DNA of 64,000 nt from Octopus vulgaris (taxonomy: Eukaryota), in contig OX597822.1 in the NCBI GenBank assembly GCA_951406725.2, forward strand, positions 34,596,001 through 34,660,000. Direction: 5' to 3'. The notes under the pieces are model-generated. The model searched no databases. It was not told the DNA's origin and saw only the letters and a list, made by a program, of their open reading frames with translations. Positions 14,401 through 26,296 of this stretch are shown here, in pieces (the first letter of the stretch is position 1; every line of letters starts with the position of its first letter). Position numbers and translations under genes: made by a program.

Positions 14401-15534
14401 CACAAATGTGAAAAGAGATGTAAAGGGATACATCATTTATGCAACCATGAAAATACCTCGATTTAAGTTGAAGGGAAATAAGTATGGAAGCAGGTAGGTA
14501 CAGTGGGCCTGTTTATTTTTAAAGGTAACCCGGTGGGGTTTATGCGAGATTTTACCCTAGCACCACATAAAGACCTCTTCATAGTAACTATTTTTACCTT
14601 GGTGAATTGGGTATTTCATGGTTATGTGTCTAGCACATGAGTATAATACAACCGAATTTACTGCATAATTACCAATGTTTTGTTACTTATTATTATTTTT
14701 CTTTTTGCAGGATATAAATCGACAGCCAATCTCCACGGACTGCTATGGCTTCCTTGATTTCCCTGTGGGTTGATGGAATTTTCAATATGTTTCCATTTCC
14801 TATTTTTAATGTGCATGTTCATTCCTATTTGATATAACCATACATTAATTTCACATAAACAAGAACATAAGTCAATACATCTTTAATTCGTTGCTAGCTA
14901 CAATGTATAAAAAAAAAACGGTTAATACTTGTGTGCAAAAGTTTATACGTAAAATGATGTTGAGTTGCTTTTTCGAGGAAAAATATTAGACGTAAGCCGT
15001 TACTAAATCCATAATTATGCAAGATTTCCATGAGCTGTAATTTCCTTTCATATTCATTAAATGTTCACACATTTTCTCTTGTTATGACTTCACTTTATCT
15101 CATATTTTCTCTCTCTCTTTCTGATAGTCTTTCTTTATTTCTATTATTTATAGAAATGTATTCGAATTGAAGGCTGTATATAATTATCTTATATTTCCCT
15201 GTTGGGATTTTACAACATTTTATTACCTATTTAATTTACATGCTTTTGTGGCTGTTACTATTTAGGAATCATCGTTTTACACTTTATATTCTCCTACATA
15301 ACCTTTTTAGGTATTTGTTTCTTCTTTCCATCTTTTTCTGTTTCCTCCCCTTTTTACCTCATATTTTTGATCACCGCCCTTTTTCATTGCATCAGTGAAA
15401 TATAATGTAACACTTTCTAATAAAGGACATCTCCTAACAAATGTACATATTTTGTATGAAAATCATCTGTACATTTGATTGTTTTAAACATATTCTTGAA
15501 ATAAATTTCTAGATACGAGTTTGGTTTATATAAC

Positions 15535-15745
15535 AGTTCCAAATTTTGATACATCGACATCAATTTTGAAGGTGGTCATCAGTCGATTAGATCAACCCTA
15601 GTATTTGACAGGTAGATTATATTGTCGACCGGAAAGGATGAGAAGCAACGGTGACCTCAGCACTATTTGAATTCTGAATATAAAGAACCGGTAGAAATGC
15701 TGCTAAGCATTTTGTCCGACGATCTAACGACTCTGCCACCTTGCT
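15535..15745 (-). mobile_element. SINE family B, decayed
   Basis: Reverse-complement similarity to 16310-16550. Confidence 0.65.
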
Positions 15746-16189
15746 AGTTTAGTTTTCTTTATATAATAACATTTTGTGTATTTTAATTCTGAGTTCACTT
15801 GGTTTCATGTGATCACATTATATATAATTTCCCGATGTTATGTTTTCTAGGAAATTTCTAGGAAATCAGGAAACATAGATGGACCTAGAATATCTTTCAG
15901 TCCAGAATTGATGATAGTGATGAAGAAAATTTGGAAAAATTTCCCTAAACATTCGAACATCTGATTTACCAAAATGTATATTAATTATACTGATTCAGAT
16001 CAATTTAGCATTCAGAGAATCAAAGAGTATGACCATGGGGATTCTCTTTGTAATGCGATTTCGCTTGATTGCCACAAAGGGCAAACTCAGGTGAGTCTTT
16101 TCTTTTACTGTAGCCACTGATCGACAGATTTTTTGAGTGAATTTGTTGAAAACTGTAAGTGAATCCGTTGCGAGTGTGTGTATCTCTCA

Positions 16190-16550
16190 TACTTTCGAGG
16201 CCGATAAAATAAATACCATTCGAACACAGGGGTCGATGTAATTGACTTAGCCCCTCTTCTATAATTGTTGGCCTTGTGCCAAAATTTGAAACCAACATTA
16301 CACAGCATTGAAAGGTGGCAAGCTAGCAGAATCGTTAGCATACTGGGAAAAACGCATAATATTTCTTCCGATTTTACTGTATTAAAATCTGGTTTCATAT
16401 TCAAGTTCTGGTTTCAATTTGCTGAGGTCGATTTTGTCTCAGATCCTTTAAGGGCCGATAAAATGAGTACCAATCGATCACTAAGTTCAATATAATCGAC
16501 TACTCCTGCCCCGAAATTGCTGGCCTCGTGCCAAAATTTGAAACCAGTGT
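16190..16550 (+). mobile_element. SINE family B, partial copy plus full copy in tandem
   Basis: GGTGGCAAGCTAGCAGAATCGTTAGCA head; tail GGCCTCGTGCCAAAATTTGAAACCA. Confidence 0.75.
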
Positions 16551-16989
16551 TACACGTCATTTATCAAGGCACTTTATTTTCTTCCGCATCCCATTGCGCT
16601 TTGTTGGGGAATATATTACAAAGGAAAAGAAAAGATAAAAGAGAATATGTACTGCTATCTTAGTCGAGAGCTTCTGGAGCTGAAGTCCATATTTTCCTCT
16701 GCCATTTTGATGAGAGATATTTGAAGAGATGCTAAGTAGTCACGTGATACCAATTTCATGCAGCTAGAACAAACGAAGTGTATGACTTCATAATACATAA
16801 TATAAAATCTATGTTTGGATTACATCCGGTAGTTCAGGAGTGTATCTATTCGGTAATTTACATAGTAAACTGTGAAATGTTTATTGAGATTTACATATAA
16901 ATAAGGTAATCAAATTTCACATGAAATTGTTAATATTGATTTAATGAGCATTTATGTAATTACAACTTGATAATATTGCTTCAGAGACT

Positions 16990-17835
16990 AAGGTGGTGAG
17001 ACGGCATAATCGTTAGCAGGCGGTGTAAAATGCTTATTGTTATTTCACCCGTCCCTATAGTCTCAGTTCATATTCTGCCGAGGTCGACTTTGCTTTTCGT
17101 TATTTCGGGGTCGATAAAATAAGAACCAGTTGAGCACGAGCGTCGATGTAATCGACTTATCCTTTCCCTAAAAATTGCTTACCTAGTGCCAAAATTTTAA
17201 ATCATTAATTCAGTCAATAAGACAGTGAACTAGCAGAAACGTTACCCCGCCGGACGAAATGCGTAGCCGTATTTCGTCTGCTGTTACGTTTTGAGTTCAA
17301 ATTCCGCCGAGGTCGTCTTTGCCTTTCATCCTTTCGGGGTCGATAAATTTAGTACCAGTTACGCACTGGGGTCGATGTAATCGACTTAATCCGTTTTTTG
17401 TCCTTGTTTGTCCTCTCTGTGTTTAGCCCCTTGTGGGTAGTAAAGAAATAGGTATTTCGTTTGCCGTTACGTTCTGAGTTCAAATTCCGCCGAGGTCGAC
17501 TTTGCCTTTCATCCTTTCTAGGGTCGATAAATTAAGTACCAGATACGCACTGGGGTCGATATAATCGACATAATCCCTTTGTCCTTGTTCGTCCCCTCTA
17601 TGTTTAGCCCCTTGTGGGCAATAAAGAAATAAGAAACGTTAGCACGTGGGACAAAATGCTTAGCGGCATTTCGTTCGTCTTTACGTTCTGAGTTCAAATT
17701 CCACTGTGGTTGACTTTGCATTTTATCCTTCCGGGAGTGGGGATGAAATAAGTACAAGTTGAGCACAGGTGTCGATGTAATCGACTTTCCCTCTCCCCCG
17801 AACTCGATGCCCAAATACCAAAATTTAAAACCAAT
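16990..17835 (+). mobile_element. Tandem array of four SINE family B units
   Basis: Core GAGTTCAAATTCCGCCGAGGTCG...GGGGTCGATAAA...GTCGATGTAATCGAC repeats at ~17065, 17293, 17476 and 17690. Confidence 0.85.
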
Positions 17836-18258
17836 ATTTTTTCAAAGGGTAGAATAATTTACTAATTGGCAGAGGTTTCTTGCAGTCGTATTTCTGTTAT
17901 GTGAGCAGACAAGTTTGCTGCTCACATAACATAACAAGTCTGCCATGAAAATTCGCCAATAAAACAAGTGTTTTAATGAAAGAGAAATAATTTGTGAGAA
18001 TCTGACCAAGTAGAAATAGAAAAGCCATGGAAGTAACAAAAGACACGGAAGAAATATTTGTCTTGAAGTCAATATTTTCAAGCATAACGAGTAAATTAAA
18101 TATAAATTAGAATGCCTGAATCGAATCTGCTTACCATTTACTGGTGAGGAAATGGATGGCAACAGATATTAATGTTCATGAAATGTCAAGAAAGACATTC
18201 CGAGATTATGGGAAAAAGTAATTAAATTTCTGTTAATTTGAGATAAATTTAGATATTT

Positions 18259-18308
<50 letters not shown>

Positions 18309-18944
18309 GAAAGAGAAGGGGGAAAAAGATAACCAGGAGCGGAAAAGTGGAGGGAGGAGGGAGAATATAATGATACACGTAAAAAGTCTGTAAATAAATC
18401 TGTGTAAATTTAGTCGTTATAATTTGCTTTTTGGGGGTGATAGACATCAGAGAAACAAGGAGAAACATTATCTTTGCTTTTATCTATTACATTGTTTAAG
18501 TAAATATTATTATTTTAAGGCCTATTTTATCGGGGCAATTTTCGCCGAACTGCTAAGTTAAGGGAAGACAAATACAGACACACACACACTCTCTGTCTGT
18601 TTCTCTTTCTCTCACACACACATTTATATATATATATATACTAATACATCTGTTTGTTTTGTACACCTCCTGTCTTCGTCTTTTGTTTTTTTTTTCGTAA
18701 ACTCTCACGTGGAAAAGATATGGGGAAAGTAAGAAGAAAAAAGCGAAAATGCACATTGAATATAAAAAAAATGAAGGTTTTTATTTATGAAAAGTAGTGA
18801 TAAATAATTACAATTAGATGAACTAAGGTAGAATTAAGAGGAATTAAATTCATTATTTTGAGTTATGTATACATACATACATACATACATATTCGGCGTT
18901 TTTTTTTTAGTTTCCGTCTACCAAATCCACGCACAATGCTTTGA

Positions 18945-19162
18945 CCTCTTTATTCTCTTTACTCTTTTATTTGTTTCAGTCATTTGACTGCCGCCATGCT
19001 GAAGCACCGCCTTTAGTCGAGCAAATCGACCCCGGGACTTATTCTTTGTAAGCCTAGTACTTATTCTATCGGTCTCTTTTGCCGGGCCGCCAAGTTACGG
19101 GGACGCAAACACACCAGCATCGGTTGTCAAGCGATGTTGGGGGGACAAACAAAGACACACAA

Positions 19163-19199
<37 letters not shown>

Positions 19200-19313
19200 C
19201 ATATACACGACGGGCTTCTTTCAGTTTCCGTCTACCAAATCCACTTACAAGGCTTTGGACGGCCCGAGGCTATGGTAGAAAACACTTGCCGAAGGTGCCA
19301 CGCAGTGGGACTG
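18945..19313 (-). mobile_element. SINE family A (5' part of head missing)
   Basis: Reverse complement of ~2200-2573. Confidence 0.85.
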
Positions 19314-20373
19314 AAATTTATTTCAGAGGTTAAAGCCTTGAAACTTTAAGTTTGAATTGTAGTAATTAAAATAATATTGTTTATGATGATTTAAAGTTAA
19401 ATATCTTTGATAAATTATTGTGGGACTCCATTCTATCGAACCAAGTGGCATCCCACACTCAGTTGTGCGTGACATTTGCATCCTATTCAAGTGACATTTT
19501 GCACCTGATCCATTCTGTCAGAGACACCGTCCAAATATCACAGAATCTACATAAAAAATGGTTTTATTTTGCATGATCCTTAACGACTTAACAAAATTCA
19601 TACTATTCATGTCATACTGGGATTCTGAATTGTAACCATACTTAGGAAGTTTTCAATGAATGCCATATAAATATAGCTAATCATCGTCTGAGTCATATTT
19701 CTCAACATACTTTGAGATGTTCTATATACCAGACAATCCAAGATTTAAAAAAACAAAAACAAACATAAATAAAACACTAGCTTTTATTTATTTAAATGGT
19801 TTAATATAGCTGGACTATGCGTCTGTAAGACTGCAGTTAAATAAGCGAGTAAGCGACTGCACGTCGTAGAAGGTGATTAATCAGTGGTCTCTATGTGATT
19901 TGCTATACAACAAATATTAATCGACAATTCCTTAGTCTAAGTCTGCAAATATTATTTTTTCTAAGGAAATTTTCTCCAATTTTATTGACAGTGTATAGAA
20001 AATATTAATCTGTTAAATAGTTTTCAATCTCTGATTACAACAGCTGTTAAATAAACATCAGCTGAGACTGATGAATTTCTTTATGTTATAATACAAAGAC
20101 AAAGACAAGAAAAAATTAAATTATCACGTTCATTGGCTATTCAGGTTTCTAAAACGTGTTTTGATTTATTAAATTTCTACTCAACGAATCAAAGTTGTAT
20201 TTCAACAAATTCTCACCATGCAGTCTGTACACTGTTTTAAAGATTGGGAAGATATTATATAACATTTTTATCCAATCAATATGAAATTAAATGTGATTTC
20301 AATACCATATAAAGTTGATTTACATACGTTTGTTTTTGAACTCACTCATATAGTTACAGCATAATCACCCACC

Positions 20374-20620
20374 GGAGGTGTGTGGCTTAGTGGTTAAGGT
20401 GTCAGCATCATGATCGTAAGGTTGTGGTTTCGATTCCTGGACCGGGCGACGCGTTGTGTTCTTGAGCAAAACACTTCATTTCACGTTGCTCCGGTCCACT
20501 CAGCAGCAAAAATGAGTAACGCTGCGATGGACTGGCGTCCCATCCAGCTGGGAGGAACACATACGCCATGGGAACCGGGAAACCGTGCCCATGAGCCTGG
20601 CTAGGCTTTAAAAGGGCGCA
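20374..20620 (+). mobile_element. tRNA-derived SINE family D with CTGCGATGGACTGGCGTCCCATCCAG central domain
   Basis: A-box TGGCTTAGTGG and B-box GGTTTCGATTCC. Body GTTCTTGAGCAAAACACTT is shared with 60810-60942. Confidence 0.8.
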
Positions 20621-20936
20621 TATATTTTTTTATTATTATCACCCACCATTACTTTTGATAGTTGTTTATCACCCCATCACATAGATCTTTATTTTTTTCT
20701 AACCTTGTGTCATGTATACTTCATATACACACTAAAAATACACACATATTTACATAAATACAGGCATGGCAAACTGCTTCGATGCTGTTCTCTCGTTCGC
20801 GTAGTTTCGGGACCAGCCCCGACGACTGTGCGGTACTTTAGTAAGTGTTTCTAATATAGGCCCGAGTCGACGAACAACTTGTGAGTGAGTTTGATAGACG
20901 GAAACGATGTGAAATTCCATCATATGTACATATATA

Positions 20937-21245
20937 TCATCGTGATCACCGTGACCGACCAGGCTATCAGATGTTGCTACACATCGCTGGTCACAATGCG
21001 CTTCGCATTGTTTTAGCCTTCAAAGGACGCCACCCCGCTGGCTAAGCGAGCAGGCCAGCAGAAGAAAGAGTGAGAGTAAGTTGTGGCGAAAGAGTACACC
21101 AGGGATCGCCACCACCCCCTGCCGGATCACCGTGGAGCTTTTAGGTGTTTCGCTCAATAAACACACACAACGCCAGGTCTGGGAATCGAAACCGCGATCC
21201 TCCGACCGCGAGTCTGCTGCCCTAACCACTGGGCCATTACGCCTT
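20937..21245 (-). mobile_element. SINE family C head with an alternative tail
   Basis: Head as in 12991-13372; tail shared with 36245-36508 and 41048-41337. Confidence 0.85.
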
Positions 21246-21254
21246 CATATGTAC

Positions 21255-21314
<60 letters not shown>

Positions 21315-21315
<1 letters not shown>

Positions 21316-21766
21316 AGTCATTAGACTGTAGCCATGCTGGGGCATTGCCTTGAAGAACTTTTAGTCGGATGAATCGCCCCTAGTACTTATTTTTTAAAGC
21401 CTGGTACTTGTTCTGTCACCTCTTATTACCGGATAACTAAGTTCTGGAGACGTAAACAAACCAACGTTGGTGCGGGACAAATACCGACACAATCTCACAC
21501 ATGTACACACACATACACACACACGCGTACACGCATACACACACATACGCACACATGTACACTCGCACACACACACACATATGTATATCAATTTATATAT
21601 ATACGTCAAGCAGTTTCAAATTCCGTCTTTCAACTCCACTCACAAGTCTTTGCTGAGCTCGAGGATATAATAGAAGACACATGTCCAGAGTATCACTCAG
21701 TGGGACTGAACCCGGAACCATGTAGTTGGGAAGCTAGCTTTTTACTATACAGTCGCGCCTACGCCT
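21315..21766 (-). mobile_element. SINE family A, diverged copy
   Basis: Reverse-complement similarity to 2149-2550. Confidence 0.75.
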
Positions 21767-21778
21767 AAAATTGAAGCC

Positions 21779-21838
21779 TGCCCTGCGAGGAAGTCGAATC
21801 CCTCTCTCCCGCGTGACAGGCAATACTATAAACCCACT
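21779..21838 (-). pseudogene. tRNA-Asp(GTC)-like pseudogene fragment
   Basis: Minus strand GCCTGTCACGCGGGAGAGAGGGATTCGACTTCCTCGCAGGGC resembles the metazoan tRNA-Asp anticodon arm and T arm (GCCTGTCACGCGGGAGACCGGGGTTCGATTCCCCG). The 5' half is degraded. Confidence 0.6.
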
Positions 21839-22403
21839 CAGATCTTACTTCCTTATGATTTATAACTGTGAGATGAGTTTAATCTAGATTCAACAAAGTA
21901 GATGTATCCAGGCGTAAGTCAACGACCTGCCTTCGTCTACACGCTCTAGTAATACATTTTGCCATGAAAGGCCATCTCTGAATTAATGAGCAATGCGGAA
22001 TAAACTTAATAGGGTAATATCATTGAATGTTAAGCAAAACACAATTTTCACACATTTCAAGGAAATAAACGTGTAACGCCCATTTCTCCCAACGAACTAT
22101 ATTTAAGGTAAGACAGCTACACCGTTTTCTATAAGTGTAAAGCCTAAAATTATCTGTTAAAACTGTCATGGATCATCCACAATCTTTGTATAGACGTGCT
22201 TAGATCAGTAAAGCTTGGATTTACATTTTAGGTTTAGGCCAGAAAATACCTCACCCCTGAAAAAAACTGATGCTAATTTGCAAAGAACAAATACGCCCTA
22301 TGGTAGGTTACTGCTTAGATAAACGGCCTAGTATAGACACACACACGTACACATATATATCTGTGTACGGCCGCAGTCAAATGACTGAAACAAATAAAAG
22401 AAT

Positions 22404-22455
<52 letters not shown>

Positions 22456-22556
22456 GCACAAACAGCACAAACAAGGGGAACTGAAATAAACTTACATGAC
22501 TTACATGTGAGAAAAATCTCACTGTTGGTGAAAGAAGAAATTTAGAATGCAAACAT

Positions 22557-22715
22557 AGCCGCAGGCATGGTGAGAAGCTTGTTCTCCCAGGACACATGAT
22601 TCCGGGTTCAGTCCCACTACGTGGCACCTTGGGTGAGTGTCTTCTGCTATGGCCTGGGGCTGACTAAATCCTTGTGAGTGGATTTGGTAGATGGGAGCTA
22701 AAAGAAGTCTGTCGT
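22557..22715 (+). mobile_element. SINE family A head, decayed
   Basis: TTCCGGGTTCAGTCCCACTACGTGGCACCTTGGG...CCTTGTGAGTGGATTTGGTAGA. Confidence 0.75.
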
Positions 22716-22739
22716 ATGTACGTTTAATTATATATATAT

Positions 22740-22896
22740 AGGGAGAGTTTACGAAAAAACCAAAAGACGAAACAGGTGGTGTGCAAAACAAACAGATGTA
22801 TTAGTATAACGCTCAGGAATTGTAAAAGTCTTTTACGTTTCGAGCCTACGCTCTTTTACAGAAAGGAACAGAAAAAGCAAGGAGAGAAACAAGGAG
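22740..22896 (-). mobile_element. PLE-like terminal fragment with degenerate hammerhead
   Basis: Homologous to 60270-60441; minus strand CTGTAAA-A-GAGCGTAGGCTC-GAAACGTA. Confidence 0.6.
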
Positions 22897-22911
22897 ATAT
22901 ATTTATACATT

Positions 22912-23143
22912 TGGAGGCAGATGGCCTAGTGGTTAGAGCAGCGGACTCACGGTCGAGCGATCGCGGGTTCGAATCTCAGACCGAGCGATATGTGTGTTTT
23001 TGAGCGAAACACTTAAGCTCTACGCGGCTCTTTGCTCCTGCATTTTGCAGCTCACCTGCGACGGACCGGCGTCCCGTCCAGGTGGGGAACCTATACGCCA
23101 AGGGAACCGGCCCTATGAGCTCGGCGTGGCTCGAGAAGTAACA
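22912..23143 (+). mobile_element. Chimeric SINE: family C-like head with family D-like 3' domain
   Basis: Head GGAGGCAGATGGCCTAGTGGTTAGAGCAGCGGACTC; tail CTGCGACGGACCGGCGTCCCGTCCAGG...CCTATGAGC as at 20522-20600. Confidence 0.75.
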
Positions 23144-23146
23144 AAT

Positions 23147-23209
<63 letters not shown>

Positions 23210-23539
23210 CGGGGGAGAGAGAGAGAGAAATGTATAATTGTAAAGATATCATTATAATTAAGGGCACTGGAAGAACAGCGCCTATGCTATAGATATACGT
23301 CAAACGACCATAAATCACTTTGAATTTACACTCCGTTAGCATAAGTTTGAATGCGAGGAAAATGGATAAAGATCTCGCAAAACTTTGGTTAACCCTAAAT
23401 CTTCATATTTCTGGTTTAGTAATAAAAAAACTCTATTTTTATCAGTAGTGTATACGGACCGTACATAAATGAAAATATATATACATACGCATACAATACC
23501 CTTAATTCTGTATACATGCATGATCTCTTGAGCACCACC

Positions 23540-23722
23540 AGCAAAAAAAAATTTTTCCTCTGTCTTCCCTTCTCGGGATCTTTCCTTCTCCTTTGTTTCC
23601 GACGAAGAGCTCCGCTCGAAACGTTAAACCCTCCTTCCCTTCTTTCCTGGGCGTCAAATAATACTTTAATTGTTCCACGTCCTCGCGTTGCTGTGTTCTT
23701 TTCTGTGTTTTCTTGTTTGGAT

Positions 23723-23727
<5 letters not shown>
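23540..23727 (+). mobile_element. PLE-like terminal fragment with hammerhead (core CCGACGA variant)
   Basis: GTTT-CCGACGA-A-GAGC-TCC-GCTC-GAAACGTTAAAC at 23595-23629; ends at (TA)n. Confidence 0.65.
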
Positions 23728-23774
<47 letters not shown>

Positions 23775-24311
23775 ACGTGTGTGAGTGAATGTGTGTGTGT
23801 GTGCGTGTGTGTGTGTATATATGTATTTGTATATTTAAGTTAGAGTTTTTAAATATAATTGAAAAGAAAAACAAAAACGTACTCATTACACGCATATTTT
23901 TGTTTTCATGAATTGATATTACACTCTGTATTCTCCTGACATTTTAATCTAACCGTGAGTTTATTTGAGTTCTAACAACGGGTTATTAATATCGTTCTGC
24001 CTAAACGCAATCATTAAGTATAAATATTCATGTCACATAACCGTACGCACTCACAGCTCACATACACAACACAATCACTCACAAGTGTACATATAGAATA
24101 TTAATCAGAAGCACGTAAAACCTGTGCTATCTAGAAAGACACATTCTATGCATCACAAGATACGCAAATACGAGGGCCAATCGGAAGTTGCAGTGGCTTA
24201 TATTTTGAATGTGCTCTATTAGCGCCCATATTCCACAAAGACTTCGTTACAAGTATCAAGTTTACTCATATATAAATGGGAAATTAATTTTCGTTCCCCT
24301 ATTACAAAATA

Positions 24312-24556
24312 CAGTAATACCTCATTTTACGAGGACTCGCTTTACCAGATCCGAGGTTTACAAGTTTTATTTTATAATAAATATAAAAAGGTTAAACAGA
24401 CATTTTGAGTGTGAGGCAACGTTGCAACATGTGGCAACATTAATTCTGACGCGTCTGTACGGCGTTGGAGTAAAATTTCATTGCTACTATGGGAAATTAT
24501 TGCTCTGCTTTACGTGTTTTCGCGAATAAATTAACTCGTATAGCGAGGAATTACTG
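24312..24556. mobile_element. pogo/Tigger-like MITE with TA TSD
   Basis: TIRs CAGTAATACCTCATTTTACGAG and CTCGTATAGCGAGGAATTACTG, each flanked by TA. Confidence 0.75.
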
Positions 24557-25788
24557 TATTGTTGCATTTCATCTGTGTAGTTTATAACACCCCTGCCACT
24601 AGTTGTATAATGAATTGTGCCGAATGGTTACGAAGATAGTGGAAAAGTGACAAAATAATGACCTGAGGCATGCAACATTTCACCGGTTGACATCCATTTT
24701 CTACGTTCTATCTCTAAAGGAAATATGTTCTTTCTGCATCGTAGTCCATAAGGGGTACCTTATTTCACATATTATTCGAATTCATTCACCCTAAGGTCTT
24801 TCTTTGTGCTCACCTGTCTATTTATATAAACCGATATTATTCTTACACATTCCTCTGAGAGAGGTTACACTTAGTATTGAGGGTTTTGTAAAATCTATTC
24901 GTTTATTTCTCATTTAATTTTCTTACAGTCAAGATCGATGTATATGTTTTCCAAATTATAAAGAATAAAAGGTAAATCGAACACACAACATCACGACTGT
25001 GAGCCCGATATAATATCAACTGAGCCATGCGCCTTCACTTTCCAAATTGGATGCACATACAAACGGACATACACATTGGATGTTACTCAGACAATCGAAC
25101 TCATTAGAATGGTTTAACGAAGAATAATTTTCTTACCATTTTTGTATGTTTTTTTCTCATTTCTTTTTTTCTTTCTCTCTAATACATACATATATATATA
25201 TATGCATTCTCACATTCCCGCACGTGCATGTATTATGTATGCATGTATATGTATGTGTGTACATATATACACACAAATATATATGGTGATTGCTTCATTT
25301 TTACATATGAATACCGCTCCCTTGAGATTCCTCCTTGTCAAAGGCATTTCTCTCTTCTCTGTCCATGACTTCCCAGTTGACTATTCGGTGCAGTTTCATG
25401 CATCTGCATGATTTGAAGCATAGGTGGTTGTAACCTAATATGCATTTCCAACGGCTTAGTTCTGTACGCATCACCACTCTTCCATCACGATAGGATTTTC
25501 AGTAGATGGAATGACAAATAAAGGAACCATTAAGAGACATCTTTCCGCCATTGAATTATAGCGGTAGACTCATCGAAGTGAGAATACCAAAATTCCCGTG
25601 AAACCGCTATTTTTACATCAGAGAATCTCTCACTCAGTAAAAAAACTGTTTACATTTTCTGGTCCCTCATTCCCGATGGTTTCATTAAGCGTTCTGTCTC
25701 CAACGAAGTGTATTTCAGTGTCATACATACATACATACATACATACATACATACATACATACATACATACATACATACACACATACAT

Positions 25789-25971
25789 ATATAAAATACA
25801 GTGTATATTTAAACACATTAAGAGGTTTCCATCATATGAATCCCTTACGCTAGAAAGAACAGCTAAAGTCCACACCACTTAATGGTTTGGATTTTAGCTG
25901 TTCTTTCTAGCGTAAGGGATTCCTATGATGGAAACCTGTTAATGTGTTCAAATGTACACTCTCTTTTATAT
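25789..25971. repeat. Near-perfect ~183-bp palindrome (fold-back)
   Basis: ~90-bp arms with about 9 mismatches and a ~5-nt loop (ACCA-CTTAA-TGGT). Confidence 0.9.
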
Positions 25972-26206
25972 GAATAATATATAGTCTATTGACTAATTTT
26001 TCTATACTCTAGGCCACTGGTAGTAAACATTTCTAAAATCTTTATTACCCTGATATTATTGATTATGTACAAACGTATGTATGTATATATTTGTGTAGTG
26101 TAAATATGGAATAAATTTTCTGACAGATATCAGTTGTGGTAAGCCACAGCTGTGTATAGTTATAATTCTTGTTATTAAAGTTTTTCTTTTTTTATTGATC
26201 CGATAG

Positions 26207-26296
26207 TTCCAAATCCAAAAGAATTGCAAGGACGGTTTGGTTTCATCATCTGAACATAATGATAGCATTATTGACCCGTTATTCATATTCTTAACT
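26207..26296 (+). other. Candidate isolated 90-nt exon (FQIQKNCKDGLVSSSEHNDSIIDPLFIFLT)
   Basis: Polypyrimidine tract plus TAG acceptor, ACT|GTAAGT donor, length divisible by 3, one open frame; no recognisable homology. Confidence 0.25.

Noticed and set aside
16990-17835. CRISPR-like repeat/spacer appearance
   Set aside because: Units are ~180-230-bp SINE copies in eukaryotic DNA, with no constant short repeat with unique spacers and no cas genes
19420-19860. Faint RT-like motifs (CGMPLGS on minus, LDYASV on plus)
   Set aside because: Short, on opposite strands and compatible with chance
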